Positions 9,702 through 21,750 of a stretch of DNA of 64,000 nt are shown here, one piece after another (within the stretch, counting starts at the first letter, position 1; each line of letters begins with the position of its first letter). Source of the DNA: an uncultured virus (IMG/VR IMGVR_UViG_3300005077_000019) (lineage: Duplodnaviria > Heunggongvirae > Uroviricota > Caudoviricetes); IMG/VR virus record IMGVR_UViG_3300005077_000019; one strand, 5' to 3'. Made by a program: the position numbers and the translations under genes. The notes beneath the pieces are model-generated. The model did no database searches. It was not told the DNA's origin and saw nothing but the letters and a program-made list of their open reading frames with translations.

Positions 9702-9731
9702 TGAGCTGTGATCAACCACTTAGGAGGAACC

Positions 9732-10052
9732 ATGAAGACACGATTCTTTGCGTTCATCGATGGCAAGTTCGAGCTGTCGAAAGAGACCGTGCCCACGAAG
9801 GAGGGCGACGACATCGACGAGGTCTGGGAGAAGGCCGGCTATCAGCGCTTCATCAGCTACGGTGGGCGTGATCTCCCCGTGCTGGAGGTCTGGCGGCTCA
9901 AGGACGAGGAGACCTCCGCGCTGCCGCTCTTCCTCGCCACGTTGTCGATCGACGACTACTTCCACGAGATCAGGATCAACACGCTGCCCGACCTCATGAT
10001 GTTCTGCCAGGAAGTGCAGCCCTATGTCTCCCTGGTGGCGTCTCAGGGCTAG
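9732..10052 (+). CDS. Hypothetical protein
   Basis: AGGAGG RBS. Confidence 0.7.
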   Translation: MKTRFFAFIDGKFELSKETVPTKEGDDIDEVWEKAGYQRFISYGGRDLPVLEVWRLKDEETSALPLFLATLSIDDYFHEIRINTLPDLMMFCQEVQPYVSLVASQG

Positions 10053-12679
10053 GGAATGACGGGGGGCGCGGCCGCGCCCCCCGTTTCTTTAGGACAGCAC
10101 CGCCACGGTGCGGGAGGCGATTGCCTCTACCGCGGCCTCGGCCTCTTTGCTCGTCATCCCGGCCGCCTCGAGGTCGGACTGGAGCCCGGCCTTGACGCTC
10201 TTCTGTCGCCGCTCCAGCTCCGCCCGCACGGCGGGCATGAACCGTGCGAGGGTGAAATCGCTCCAGCCCTCGTCCTTCAGGCTGAGCTCGACGTCCTCAA
10301 CCGTGAGGCCGTGCTTCTCGGCGATGTCGCAGACCTCACGCACGATCTGCTTCTTCTTCCGGTTGCTCCAGAGGCACGCCCCGGAGATGATCGCGGCGAG
10401 CCCGACGATGGAGCCGACGATGATCAACCAGTTCTTCATATCGCTTCCTCCATCTCCCCCCTCGGGGTGTAGGCCGCGCAGTCGTCGCACGCGGCTTTGG
10501 TGGCGGCCTCCTCGGCCTTCCACCGCGCCTCCTCGGCTTGCGCCTTCGCCACCTGGGCGGCGAGCCTGGCCAGCTCCTCCGCCGAGCGGTTCTGCTCCCG
10601 CTGGCGAAGTTGCTTCGCCTGTCCCGCCGCCGTCACGATGTCCGTGATGACGGCGCCTACCGTCACCACGGTGACCATCCCGCAGATGGTCACCCAGATG
10701 ACACGTCCTGTTGTCCACCAAGAGTTCATGAGGTCTCCTTTCCTTGGTTTCCTATAGGACTTATCCCCAGAAACTGATCGAGTTTGCGGGCAAAAGATCG
10801 GGCCCCCGAAGGGGCCACGATCCACTGTTGGGGTGCGGGGCTGCTAGGCGGCCTTCTTCGCCGCCTTCAGCTCCTTGATGCGGGCCTTCAGGATGGCGGG
10901 GTCCTCCCCCGCCATCCTGATCCCGGCGTTCTTGCCGAGATAGTAGCTGACGCCCACCGTGGCCAAGAATCCGACCACGGAACCTCCGATGATCAGTGCG
11001 AGTTTCACAACTTCCTCCTTTCCAGAGGGCAAGAACGGGAGCCTATTCTCCTCATTCAAATGCCTTATCCCTGCTTTTCAGTCGGTTTTTCACTCTGATC
11101 GACATATCTGGGCTTGCGAGGGTATAAGGGGATCAGAGTAGGCCAAAACTAGCTCAGAGGAGGCACCATGTCCGAGCGGAAGCCCGGCAGCATCAACTGC
11201 GACCCTCGTGGTTGGTGGTTCAACGAGGGCCGCATAGCCAATCAGTGGTCTGGGCCATTCGACACCCCAGAGGAGGCGGAGAAGATGGCCCGCATGCTGG
11301 CGCCCGACAGCGTGGAGGTCATCAAGCTGTTGCAGGTGCAGGCCTGGGAGAAGCGTGAGGTACGGATCAAGGGGCCGAATCAAGGGAAGTGCCCCCACTG
11401 CAAGAACGGCTTCGTGTCCGGGCAATGCTGCCTCAAGTGCGAGGGCACCGGGAGGGCCAAGAAATGAGCTATGATCGAAGCAGGGTTGAGGCCTTCGTAG
11501 AGAAGGTGCTCGACGCGCACAAGAGGAACCCCGACTATCACGTTCTGCTGCGATTCGTCACCCTGATCGCACGGGACATGGGATCGATGGAGGCGCCGCT
11601 GGATCAACTCATCACCGAATACGGGGCGCTCAGCAACTGGGAGCGTGGGAACGTGCTGTACGCCCTGTCTCCCTTGGCCGCCAGGGAGGTCACGAAGCAG
11701 GCTTCCTACTACTGGGGAGTCGCGCGCATGGAGGAGCACCTTGAACTACTGGGAGAAGCAGACGGATAAGGAGCTCCAGAGGGAGCTGAAGAGGAACGAG
11801 GGGCGCCTGCGCTGCATCGACCCCAAAGAGCGAGCCATCGCCCGCAACAACATCGACGCTATCTTGGCCGAGCTGGCCAAGAGGCATGAAAGGAGATACG
11901 GTCTCCGATGAGGGATAGCCATGATCAGTCGTAGTGTCAGCATCCAGTTCCGGGAAGGTGCCACGAAGGAGGACATCGCTCGATTCATGCACAAGCTGAA
12001 CGCCGCGCTCGCCAACATCGTCCACGGCAAGATCTTGTCCTACGATCCGCCGCGCACCACCAACCGTCTGATCCTCGAGTGCCCGATCGAAGCTGAGGAG
12101 CTGGCCGAGGCGGTAGATCTGGTCCCCTCCGACGTGCGGCAGTCGGTGGAGAGGATCGACATCTTCGAGGAGCTGCTGGAGGAGAACCGTGAAGAGCGAA
12201 GAGCTACTGGAAGCTGACGTCCAGCCCACCGAGATTCCCTTTCCAGAGGGGTTGCGCAACATCCTGATCCACTACCCGGCCCCCCGTATCCGGCGGGCAC
12301 TCATCTTCCTGGATGAGTGCCTGCTGGCAGTCCCCGATCGGGACTACACGATCACCTGGCAGGGCCTCACCATCCCCCACCCGATCAAGACCTTGTCCGT
12401 CGTCACCGTGATGTTCCCCATCATGGATGAGCGTTGGTACTACAGCCACGCCGACGGCTGGGGTCGCCTCTGATTAGCCGAGCCTGTCTCGGCTTCCTTA
12501 GCCTCCAATCATTGATCATTCGTCGGTATAAGAGCTTCACTATCGACCCCCAAAGTTGCCCAGGAGTCAGGATGGGTAGTAGGAGAACCATGCGCAGAGA
12601 GCGGGCCCGGAGAAGGCGGGGAATCCGAAGTGGGATCCCTCTGGGTCTAGATGACGTCCCCGCGTACGTGGAGATCAGC

Positions 12680-13357
12680 ATGAAGCTGAAGTGTCGTGTG
12701 TGCAAGAGGGAGCTCGATGCTGAGAAGGACTTCTATCCTAGAAAGGGATCGAAGACCGGATACCAGTACGAGTGTAAGCAGTGCAGAAAGGAGATCAACT
12801 CTGCTGCCAAACAGAGGAAGAAGGAGAGAAAGGAAGAACAGAAGGAGCAGACCAAGAGGAGTGCGTGGAACCACCGGGAGGTCCACCGGAAGAAGCTGCT
12901 GACGACCTCAGGGGAGAGGATCATCGCGGGGGAGGTGATAGCCGAGACGCCACGCAGTCTGTCCTTCAACCTGTCGTTGATCATTGAACAGCAGCTCAAG
13001 CTGTTCTATGGTAGACAGATCAGATCGGCCACAGCCAGTCTCAGGATGCACAAGATCGTCGAGGACGCTCTCTTCGAGGTCAAGCAGGCGTTCAGCCGTG
13101 TCGGCGTTCGCATGAAGCCGGTGATCGACTCGGAGAAGGTTACCATCGATCTGGACGTGTCTCTGCAGTCTCTTGGGGCCAAGGCGGCTGCATGCAGGTT
13201 GCTGGGTGTGGAGCCCAACGCCACCCCAGACGAGATCAAGAAGGCGTACAGGGAGAAGGCGAAGGAAGCGCACCCAGATCACAATGGCACAACGGAGGAG
13301 ATGCAAAAGATCAACGAGGCATACGCCTTGCTAGTGGAGGACGTCAATGGCCGGTAA
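12680..13357 (+). CDS. N-terminal Zn-finger plus C-terminal DnaJ (J) domain protein
   Basis: CRVC...CKQC; LLGVEPNATPDEIKKAYREKAKEAHPD. Confidence 0.85.
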   Translation: MKLKCRVCKRELDAEKDFYPRKGSKTGYQYECKQCRKEINSAAKQRKKERKEEQKEQTKRSAWNHREVHRKKLLTTSGERIIAGEVIAETPRSLSFNLSLIIEQQLKLFYGRQIRSATASLRMHKIVEDALFEVKQAFSRVGVRMKPVIDSEKVTIDLDVSLQSLGAKAAACRLLGVEPNATPDEIKKAYREKAKEAHPDHNGTTEEMQKINEAYALLVEDVNGR

Positions 13358-13952
13358 CAAGAAGACGCACTTCGAACTGATGAGGGCAAAACTGCTGCGC
13401 GAAAGGAGGCACAAGCTACAGCTCAGCAAGTACGAGCCCAAGGAGAAGAGCATCCGCGGCCGTGTCGCGGAGTTCCTGAACATGTGCGCGGAGACCTATC
13501 CGCACTGCACCATCACCTACGAGGAGATCACGCAGGCGATCTTCACGCTGGGAAAGATCCCAGACGCGCGGGCCAAGCACGTCAAGAGTGTCCGCGGTCA
13601 GATGTCGAGCGCCGGCAAGCTGCTCCTCGAGAAGTACAACCGCACGCTCATCACCTGCACGGGTGTTGGGGCCAGAGCGTCCGTGGACAACACGGACAAG
13701 GTGAAGGAGTCCATGACCAAGGCGGCGGAGAACCACCGTCGCACGGCGGAGAAGCTGGTCAGGATCGCCGACAGCATCGACCCCGACCAGTTGGATGTGG
13801 AGCTGAAGGAGCTGGGCGGCGACCCGCAGGTCAAGAGGGACCTCCTGGAGGTGGCGGCCTGGCACAAGGACTTGCTGATGAAGTACGTCCGATCTCTCAA
13901 GAAGCCGCAGGCCACTGCTGCGCTTCTTCCCCCTCCCCCGACTGCGTCGTAG
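13347..13952 (+). CDS. Hypothetical protein
   Basis: GGAGG RBS; followed by hairpin at 13963-13990. Confidence 0.7.
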   Translation: MAGNKKTHFELMRAKLLRERRHKLQLSKYEPKEKSIRGRVAEFLNMCAETYPHCTITYEEITQAIFTLGKIPDARAKHVKSVRGQMSSAGKLLLEKYNRTLITCTGVGARASVDNTDKVKESMTKAAENHRRTAEKLVRIADSIDPDQLDVELKELGGDPQVKRDLLEVAAWHKDLLMKYVRSLKKPQATAALLPPPPTAS

Positions 13953-14574
13953 ACTGGAACTTGGGGAGGACACCTTCGGGTGTCCTCCCCTTGGAGGCGG
14001 GAATGATCCGACTGACCGGGCCGAAGGCCGAGGTGCTCACAGCACTTGCTCTTCTTAGCCAAGGAGAGCAGAACTGGTTCCAGACCGAGTTGATCCTTCA
14101 GAAGCGTATGGAGGGAAAGGAGTTCAACCACAAGACGTATCGAAAGGCGACTGAGGCCATGCTGGAGAAGTGCCACGTTCACGTGCCCAAGCTGGTAGAG
14201 CGTCGGCTGAGCGCTTCGGGGTACTCGTGGGCGCTGACGCCAGCCGGGCAGGCCGTAGCTGAGACGCAACTAGGAGTGAAGCGATGAGATTGTACTGTGG
14301 ACTGGAGATCGCACTCTTCGCCGCGCTGGCGGCGTTGGTGCGGTGGCTGGTCAAGCTGTGGAGGACACATGGCAGGACCAAGACAACTGTGGAAGACCGA
14401 GATTGTCATCTGGACGGACTACGACCCGCAGAAGGTGCCGCTGTCGCGTCTCGTTGCCGAGGGCGAGGGAGGCACGGCGTACATCTCGAAGGGCCATTCC
14501 GAGCTGGTGGCTAGCCCCTACCAGCAGGATGACGGGCCTCCGGAGGACTTCTTCGGTCTGCCGGAGGACAACTG

Positions 14575-15072
14575 ATGCGGTATCAAGACCGAATCGCGGT
14601 TCGGCATGACACCGTCCGCGACGCTCGCAGGCGCGTCTATGACAGTCTGGAAGATGGGATCATCTGCCCGTGCTGCGATCAGACGTGCAAGGAGTACCCC
14701 CGCAAACTGAATCACAACATGGCCGCGTCCCTGATCTGGCTGGTGCGCGAGTACCGGCACCGTCCTCGCTGGATCCACATCACGGCTGAGGCTCCGCGTT
14801 TCGTACTCAAGACCAAGGAGTACGCAACACCAAGGCACTGGGGGCTCATGGAGGCGCGAGAGAACGACGATCCCACAAAGAAGACGTCCGGATTGTGGAG
14901 ACCGACTCAGGATGGCATCGACTTCGTGGGTGGTCGAATCCGTGTCGCCTCGCACGCATTCCTGTACAACAACACATGCCGTGGGTTATCTAAAGAGACG
15001 ACCACGATCGAAGAAGCCCTCGGAGAGTTCTTCGACTACCAGGAGTTGATGAATGGACGCTTTCCAAGATAG
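14575..15072 (+). CDS. Hypothetical phage protein
   Basis: ORF coupled to neighbours; CPCC motif. Confidence 0.65.
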   Translation: MRYQDRIAVRHDTVRDARRRVYDSLEDGIICPCCDQTCKEYPRKLNHNMAASLIWLVREYRHRPRWIHITAEAPRFVLKTKEYATPRHWGLMEARENDDPTKKTSGLWRPTQDGIDFVGGRIRVASHAFLYNNTCRGLSKETTTIEEALGEFFDYQELMNGRFPR

Positions 15073-15451
15073 ACCCAAGATGCTGGCGATAGATCTGGAT
15101 GGGACTGTGCTCGAGCAGCGCCCCTTTCCGGACCTGGGTCCGCCAGTGCCCGGTATCCAGGAGGAGCTGGAAGCACTCCGGCAAGCTGGGTGGAAGATCG
15201 CGATCTGGACCTGCAGGGACGAGCAGTTCTATGATCTGATCCGCCAGTTCCTCACGGACAACGGCGTGCCGTTCGACTACATCAACGAGAACCCCTACGA
15301 GGTGCCCTCGACCTCGCCCAAGATCTACGCCGACGTCTACGTGGACGACCGCGGCATGCAGTTCGAGGGCGAGGCGCGGGGGCTCGCTTCGAGGGTGCTG
15401 GCCCACAAGCCCTGGCACAAGCGGGGGCCGTGGGGCAATGAGGAGGACTGA
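15053..15451 (+). CDS. HAD-superfamily phosphatase-like protein
   Basis: AIDLDGT, IWTCR and KIYADVYVDDR motifs. Confidence 0.85.
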   Translation: MDAFQDRPKMLAIDLDGTVLEQRPFPDLGPPVPGIQEELEALRQAGWKIAIWTCRDEQFYDLIRQFLTDNGVPFDYINENPYEVPSTSPKIYADVYVDDRGMQFEGEARGLASRVLAHKPWHKRGPWGNEED

Positions 15452-16033
15452 TGTCTGAGGAGAGAATAGCAGAACAGCAGCTCAGCCGGCTCGCGGAGCT
15501 GCTGTTGGGGGACGAGGGCATCGAAGCGTTCAAGGCCATCATGGGAGTGGTGGCCGAGAGTGCTGAGCTGCGTAGAAAGATGGCCATGATCATTCGAGAC
15601 CACTGCGCGCAGACCATGCGTCCCGAGATCAGACGGTTCGCCGGCCTGATGGAGATGAAGCTCCGCAAGCATGACCCGGCCCGGGGGCAGCGGTGGAAGA
15701 CCGGTGACGCGGAGCACCACCTGGAGAGGATCTCCTACATCCTGGAGGAGCTCGAGCAGGCTGTATCGGCACGCAAGCGCGTCGGATTGAAGGCTGCAGA
15801 TCTGGCCAACCATGCTATGATGCTGGCCGATCAAGCCGGAGAACTGCAGGATGTCTAGCCAAACCAAGCTGGCCACGCTCTGGTGTCCAGCGTGCAAGAA
15901 GATGACCATCCACCGAGTCACCTCGTACAGCGAGCCACGCTGCCTGGTGTGCGAAGATCAAGAGGTGTCGCTGCCTCCTCTCCCTCCGCCGGAGGAGAGG
16001 AAGTGCCAGTACCCACTGTCGTAGGAGAGGGCC

Positions 16034-16633
16034 ATGGAGGAAGAGAACGGCAAGGAGAAGCGGAAGCCGCTGACCTTCTCGGAGAAGGCACGGAACATCC
16101 TCATCGGGCTTGGGGCCGCCTCCGGCCTCATCCTGGGGCTGGTGTCCAACTGCAAGGGTGAGCCGGTAGCGGAGAAGACCTGGACTACCCTGCGCGCCCA
16201 GGTCAATGAGATCTCGGTGGCAGTCAACAAGCTCTCGCGCCGGGTTGTCTTCCTCCAGGCCCATGAAGCCGGCAGGACAGCCGCAACCGTCCAGTTGAAG
16301 CTGGAGGCCCTTCAGAAGGAGAACGACGTGCTCAGGGCGTCCTTGGAGGCCAGGAAGGCACCTCCCAAGGGAGGTGCGGCCATTGCGGAGCCCTGCGCGG
16401 AGGGCCACATCCGCATGGGGACCCAATGTCAGCGGGTCCCCGCAGCGGTAGCCAAGAGGGTGAAGGACAACGAGGCGGAGTTCAGGAAGCGCCTCGAGGA
16501 AGAGAAGCTGAAACGGCTCGAGCTAGAGAGGAGGAAGCAACAGCTCATGCAGCAACTACAACACCCACCTGCCCCGAAGCCACCCGAAGATCTGAAGAAG
16601 CTGCCTCTCAAGCTGGACGAGGCTGCCAAATGA
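16034..16633 (+). CDS. Membrane-anchored coiled-coil protein
   Basis: One hydrophobic segment followed by coiled coil. Confidence 0.6.
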   Translation: MEEENGKEKRKPLTFSEKARNILIGLGAASGLILGLVSNCKGEPVAEKTWTTLRAQVNEISVAVNKLSRRVVFLQAHEAGRTAATVQLKLEALQKENDVLRASLEARKAPPKGGAAIAEPCAEGHIRMGTQCQRVPAAVAKRVKDNEAEFRKRLEEEKLKRLELERRKQQLMQQLQHPPAPKPPEDLKKLPLKLDEAAK

Positions 16634-17289
16634 TCGGCGGGAACGTCCCCATCATCTGGGTCGAAGGGATCATCGCATCCGGCAAGACGACCCTCGCCAA
16701 AGAGATCGCCAAGAGGCTCGAGTTCAAGTTGCTCGAGGAACCAGTCGAGGCCAATCCGTACCTGGCCGCGTTCTACAAGGACCCCAAGAAGTACGCCTTC
16801 GGGTTCCAGATCTACATGCTCCACCACCGCTACGCCATGAAGCAGGAGGCCGCCTTCGCAGCCGCCCGCGGCGCGGCCAAGGGCATCGTGCTGGATCGAA
16901 GCATCGCCGGCGACCGCGTCTTCGCGGCCCATCACGCCTTCGAGGCGGGCAACATCGATCGGCTCGACTTCGAGTGCTACGAGTACTGCTACCAGATGAT
17001 GGCGCGGTCGATCCTCCCACCGACCGTGCTGATCTACCTCAACGTCCGGGCCGAGACCGCCTACGCGCGCATGCAGAAGCGCGGCCGCCCCGAGGAGTCT
17101 GGGGTGACCCTCCAGTACCTCCAAGATCTCAAGCGAGGCTACGAGAAGCTCCTGTCCGAGATCCGCAAGGGCCTGGTGCCCTGGAGTCACAGCGTCTACG
17201 TCCACGAGTTCCTCGGGGATGTGGACGTCACCTCCGAAGAGGAGTGGGAGCACATCACCGCAACTGTCAAGGACATCTGCAAACGGTAG
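16630..17289 (+). CDS. Deoxynucleoside kinase
   Basis: P-loop EGIIASGKTT, LDRS, KRGRPEE lid. Confidence 0.9.
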   Translation: MIGGNVPIIWVEGIIASGKTTLAKEIAKRLEFKLLEEPVEANPYLAAFYKDPKKYAFGFQIYMLHHRYAMKQEAAFAAARGAAKGIVLDRSIAGDRVFAAHHAFEAGNIDRLDFECYEYCYQMMARSILPPTVLIYLNVRAETAYARMQKRGRPEESGVTLQYLQDLKRGYEKLLSEIRKGLVPWSHSVYVHEFLGDVDVTSEEEWEHITATVKDICKR

Positions 17290-17850
17290 TAGGGCTAGAG
17301 AAACGACCGGAGGGGCGCCTTGCCCCTCCGGTCAGTCCCTCCGCAGCAGCCGCCGCATCACCACCAGCGCGGCCACTTCGTCGATCAGCTTCCTCCTTTT
17401 CCTTCCTTTGGCGGATGCCAGCAGCGCAGTCCGCCGGGTGAGTGCCTCTTCCGCGAGCTCGAGGTAGTGCGCTCGTGCCGCCTCGTCGAGCTCGACCCGG
17501 ATGTCTCCGGATGGTTCGGGGGCACAGATGGCGTAGTCATCCGCCCCCGACTGGGTGAAGAAGAGGCTGAAGTCCGCTCCGTTGCTCGTCTCGACATCCA
17601 GGGCCGAGCAGAACGAGCCTAGGATGTCTCGGTCGATCAACAGCAGCATGATCCACCTCCTATTGAAGAAAACGAGAGCAATCGGGAGGGCTGCTCTCAT
17701 GCCCAGGAAAGGAGGAATCTCCGTTTTGCGTTCCGCGCGCCCACCCGATTTGAGCGCAGGGGTACAACGCTTCCCTTGACTACTTCTCTTATGCCACATT
17801 CAACTACTGGTTTTCTTGACCTTCTGTCTCCGATGGGTACAATTGCTCCC

Positions 17851-18117
17851 ATGGCTCTGACGCAAGACGAACGCCACAAGCTCTACTTCGCCTACGTGGA
17901 GATCGTGAAGGATTGTCGTGAGGCGATCGGCTTCTCCCAGGCGCGACTTGCTGATGAAGCCGGGCTCAGCAACAAGTACATCACGTTGGTGGAGGGCGGG
18001 AAGCGCACGCCCACGTTGGAGAGCCTCCTGGCCCTGATGGCCGCGGCCGAGGTAAAGAGAGAAACTGCCGAGGACCTGGTGCAGGAGGTCCTCGGCAGCT
18101 TCGAGTGGAAGGCCTAG
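17851..18117 (+). CDS. XRE-family HTH regulator
   Basis: FSQARLADEAGLSNKYITLVEGGKRTPTLESL. Confidence 0.85.
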   Translation: MALTQDERHKLYFAYVEIVKDCREAIGFSQARLADEAGLSNKYITLVEGGKRTPTLESLLALMAAAEVKRETAEDLVQEVLGSFEWKA

Positions 18118-19046
18118 TGGCCGTTGCGCTTCTTCACGCGATCCTTCTCGCGTTCCGCGCGCCGCTTAGCCATCTCCTCACGCCGGACGATCCGGCGCTC
18201 GAGATCTCGGCGGCAGGCCTCGATCCGTAGGCGGGGATCCCCGCGCAGTTGCCTCTCGTAGTGCGCGAAGATCATGACCTGGGTGGAGAGCAGCCGGTTG
18301 TACTCCACCAGCGTCACCTCCACCCACCCGCCCACCTTGTACTCCAAGATCCTCACCCGGCCAGAGCGACCAACGATGATCACTCTCTGGCCGGGTTCGA
18401 TGTCGTTCTTCTTGCACCAGGCATGTAGACGCTCTGCGTTCGTGGAGAAGTAGTTGAGCGTCACCGCGGGGAAGTCGTGCAGGTCGATGGATTCGGCTAA
18501 GGTGATCACAGCTCAACCTTCAGACGCGGCGGAGGCGCGGCCTGCACCTCCATCTCGTACTTGCCCGTCTCGGGGTTGAGCGTGAACGTCACCTCCTCGA
18601 GCCGGCCCTTCTCCATGACCGGCACGAGGTGCTTGGCGGCACGCTCCAGCTCGCGGCTGACCTTCTCATCCGCCATGGCGTTGGCCTTAGCCATGGTGAC
18701 CGCGTTGCTGGTGCTGGTGTTGTTGTCCCCAGCGTAGCCGAGCTCCTCCATCACCTGGAGTTTGGCTTTGGAGTACTGTGGGTGGGGAAGCGACTCTCGG
18801 AGCTTGTACTCCGAGAGGAACTCCTCTCGGTTGGGGGGTCGCCCAACCGTCGCCATCCACTCCGGGATAATCTCGCGCAGCTTCCTGCGCACTCTTTCGA
18901 TCTTTGGCACTGCCATGTCTCCTCCTTTCAAGGGTGATCGATTTCTCCTACAAGGTACTTATGCCTCTGATCCCTCTCCCTTTTCGGGGGCGTTGACCCG
19001 CATCTTGGGCTGGTGTACCGTTGTTCAACAGATCAAGGAGCAGACC

Positions 19047-19379
19047 ATGGGATACACTCCGGATAGCCCAAACACCGCACCGATCCCCGCGCCGCCGGTG
19101 GAGCAGGGCCTGAACAAGCTGCACATCCTCCGACTGGACATCCAGCTCATACCGGGCTCCGACGCCGGGACCGTGGTGGAGGTCACCTGGGCGGAGGGCT
19201 ACATGGACGGTGCGACGTTCAAGCCAGTCCGCACCAAGACGGAGAAGCTCACCGGTGCCGCGCTGGACGCCAAGATGGCGGAGCTCACCACCGGTGGCTC
19301 CATCTACGGCGAGGTGAAGACGGCGATCTGGGAGCTTCTCGTGGGCGCCGGGCACGTCGGCGCTGGCACGATCAGCTAG
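19047..19379 (+). CDS. Hypothetical protein
   Basis: AAGGAG RBS. Confidence 0.65.
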   Translation: MGYTPDSPNTAPIPAPPVEQGLNKLHILRLDIQLIPGSDAGTVVEVTWAEGYMDGATFKPVRTKTEKLTGAALDAKMAELTTGGSIYGEVKTAIWELLVGAGHVGAGTIS

Positions 19380-19408
19380 AAACGCAACCAACCTTCAGGA
19401 GAGAGACC

Positions 19409-19933
19409 ATGAAGAGACTCGCACTCTGTCTGGTGCTGGCCCTGCTTGCGTGGGGCTGCCCCGATCCGCAGACCGGCAAGATCGATCCGTACCTCACAGC
19501 GCACACCGTCATCAACCAGACCAGCTTGGCTCTGCCCATCGCCCAGGGCATCTTCAACCAGTGGCTCTACGCGCAGACCGACGCGGAGAAGATCAAGTCG
19601 GCGCAGCAGCTCTTCGCCAAGATCTACACGGCGGTCTCGAACGGCTTCAAGCTCGCCCACGATGGTGTGGACATCGCCAAGCAAGCCAAGGAGGAACCAG
19701 ATGTCGCGAAGCTCCTGGCTCAGGCGGACACGGCTTGGAAGGATCTGTACAAGTTCCTGGACGATCTACTGGCTAAGGGAGATCCTGGTGTCGTCGTGGC
19801 TCTCGGCACAGGAACTGAGCAAGGAGGTGCCGCGGCTTCTCAGCCGAGCACATCGGGTGTGGGAGTCAAGAAGTCGGCGATCACCGTCAAACCGTCTCCC
19901 ATGATGGCCCTGCCGAAGTCACTGATCCCATGA
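19409..19933 (+). CDS. Putative lipoprotein
   Basis: Signal peptide with lipobox LAWGC. Confidence 0.7.
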   Translation: MKRLALCLVLALLAWGCPDPQTGKIDPYLTAHTVINQTSLALPIAQGIFNQWLYAQTDAEKIKSAQQLFAKIYTAVSNGFKLAHDGVDIAKQAKEEPDVAKLLAQADTAWKDLYKFLDDLLAKGDPGVVVALGTGTEQGGAAASQPSTSGVGVKKSAITVKPSPMMALPKSLIP

Positions 19934-20562
19934 CCGAGATCAAGCAGCGCACATGGGTCTTCTCCCCACTGGACCTGTTGGCCCCGTGGGGAGTCGGCCT
20001 TGGTGCGGTCGCCCTGTGTATCTGGGCGATCGTGTCCGGCAAGCCGATGGAAGACGGGAACCCGCTGGTACCGAAGATCATCGCGGGAGTCGTTGGCGCC
20101 CTCTTCCTCGCATCCATCCCCCTCTGGTACTTCATCCGATCGCGTCTCCGGCGCTATCATTTCAAGACCCGGGACGGCATCTACGTGCGCGTGGGTGAGC
20201 GCAACAAGCCCCTGCAGGCCGCTGTGGAGTTGTGGACGAACGAGGTCGCCAAGCACTGGCAGATCTCTTCCTTCGCAAGCTCCCGGGGTCAGAGGAGACT
20301 CACGAAGGAAGAGATCACCAGCGCTCTTCGGGGCATCACCATCTTCTACAGGGACGAGGAGAAGCTGTCCGTCCTGGGCCGCTTCGTTCGGGGCTACTCA
20401 TGGGGTAAGGACATCGTGGTAGGCTACAAGGTCGGAGCTCCGAAGTACGTCCAGTCCCTGACGCGACACGAACTCTCACACCCGATCCTCGGGTACAACG
20501 GTGAAGGATGGAACGAGGAACAACACCACAAGATCTTCGAGGAGACGAAGCTGGGAGCCTGA
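19930..20562 (+). CDS. Membrane protein with HExxH zincin motif
   Basis: Two TM segments; RHELSH. Confidence 0.6.
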   Translation: MTEIKQRTWVFSPLDLLAPWGVGLGAVALCIWAIVSGKPMEDGNPLVPKIIAGVVGALFLASIPLWYFIRSRLRRYHFKTRDGIYVRVGERNKPLQAAVELWTNEVAKHWQISSFASSRGQRRLTKEEITSALRGITIFYRDEEKLSVLGRFVRGYSWGKDIVVGYKVGAPKYVQSLTRHELSHPILGYNGEGWNEEQHHKIFEETKLGA

Positions 20563-20802
20563 TGTCGGAGTGGCTCTCCGGTCAAGGTCTCTGGCGGGTA
20601 GGCTTCACGATCGAAGCCTTGCCCCTCATCAATCTCCTGTCCGGGCTCGTGGAGATCCACGAGACGTTCTGGGATGAGGGCCAGAAGGTCCTCGTCTTCA
20701 TCGTGAGCAACCTCGACTGCACGGGGATGTTGTTCAAGCAGGGCGTGCTGCGCGCCAATCCCATCCTGAAGTACCGGAAGATCCACCAGCCGGTGCTTGC
20801 CC

Positions 20803-21750
20803 CTACTTCGTCAGAAACGTGAGGAGCTCCTCGAGGGCCTTGATGCACCCCGTGGCGCCGGCCGGGTTTACAGCCTCCAGAGCCTCGTAGTCCAGCTCCT
20901 TGCTGTCCATGAAGGCCATCACCTCCTCGACCTTGTCGGAGACTGCGCCGGCGTCGGCGTAGATCTGCTTCAGCATGCGCTCGGCCACCGCGGTGTCTCC
21001 CTGAGCAGTCGAGATCTTCTCCCTCTGGTGCCGCTCTTGCGTGTCCCGCTGCGACTCTTGAAGCACCTTGGCCAGCTCTCGGTTCTGCTCCTTCTCGGGG
21101 AGCTTGGCCAGGATGTTCGCCTGCACGCCCGTGATCTTCTTCTGGTCCAGGGCGCGCTGTGACAACGCCGTCAGACCCTTCCCGCGACTCAACGCCCGCC
21201 GCACGTTGCGCACGCTGGTCTTGGCCTTCTCAGCCACCTTCCTCGTGGTCTCCGCCTCCGCGCTCTTGGGACGACCACTTTTGGGACATGATGTCCCAAA
21301 ATTGCCCGACTTACCTCCGCGTTTTTCCTCGGCTTTCTGGATCGACTTCTCCCGCTGCTGGCGCAGATTCTCTTCAACCCTGGGCTTGTAGAGATCGTGG
21401 AGACGCTGCATGGCAGCATCGCGCTCCCGCGTGGGGAGCTCCGTCTGCATGAGGTTCTCTTCGAGGCTGGCGATCTCAGCGTCCTCATCACTGAGACTGA
21501 TCACAGCACAGCGTACGGTACGAGCCCCTGTGGCCGTGACCGCCATGAGGCGCTTCTTGCCGGCAATCAGCTCGAAGGTCTGCTTCGACTTGCCATGCGG
21601 GCGGACCAAGATCTGGCTGTACTGTCCCCTCTCGGTGATGCTGTCAGCCAGCTCCTTGATCCCCTCGACCGAGTGATCCCGTTCCCAGTGCTTCGGGGAG
21701 ATCTTGATGCAACTGATGGGGATGTCCTTGTTGATGATTCGCTTCGCCAT
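20803..21750 (-). CDS. ParB/Srx N-terminal domain protein
   Basis: IKELADSITERGQYSQILVRP...ELIAGKKRLMAV...SLEENL. Confidence 0.85.
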   Translation of the reverse strand: MAKRIINKDIPISCIKISPKHWERDHSVEGIKELADSITERGQYSQILVRPHGKSKQTFELIAGKKRLMAVTATGARTVRCAVISLSDEDAEIASLEENLMQTELPTRERDAAMQRLHDLYKPRVEENLRQQREKSIQKAEEKRGGKSGNFGTSCPKSGRPKSAEAETTRKVAEKAKTSVRNVRRALSRGKGLTALSQRALDQKKITGVQANILAKLPEKEQNRELAKVLQESQRDTQERHQREKISTAQGDTAVAERMLKQIYADAGAVSDKVEEVMAFMDSKELDYEALEAVNPAGATGCIKALEELLTFLTK

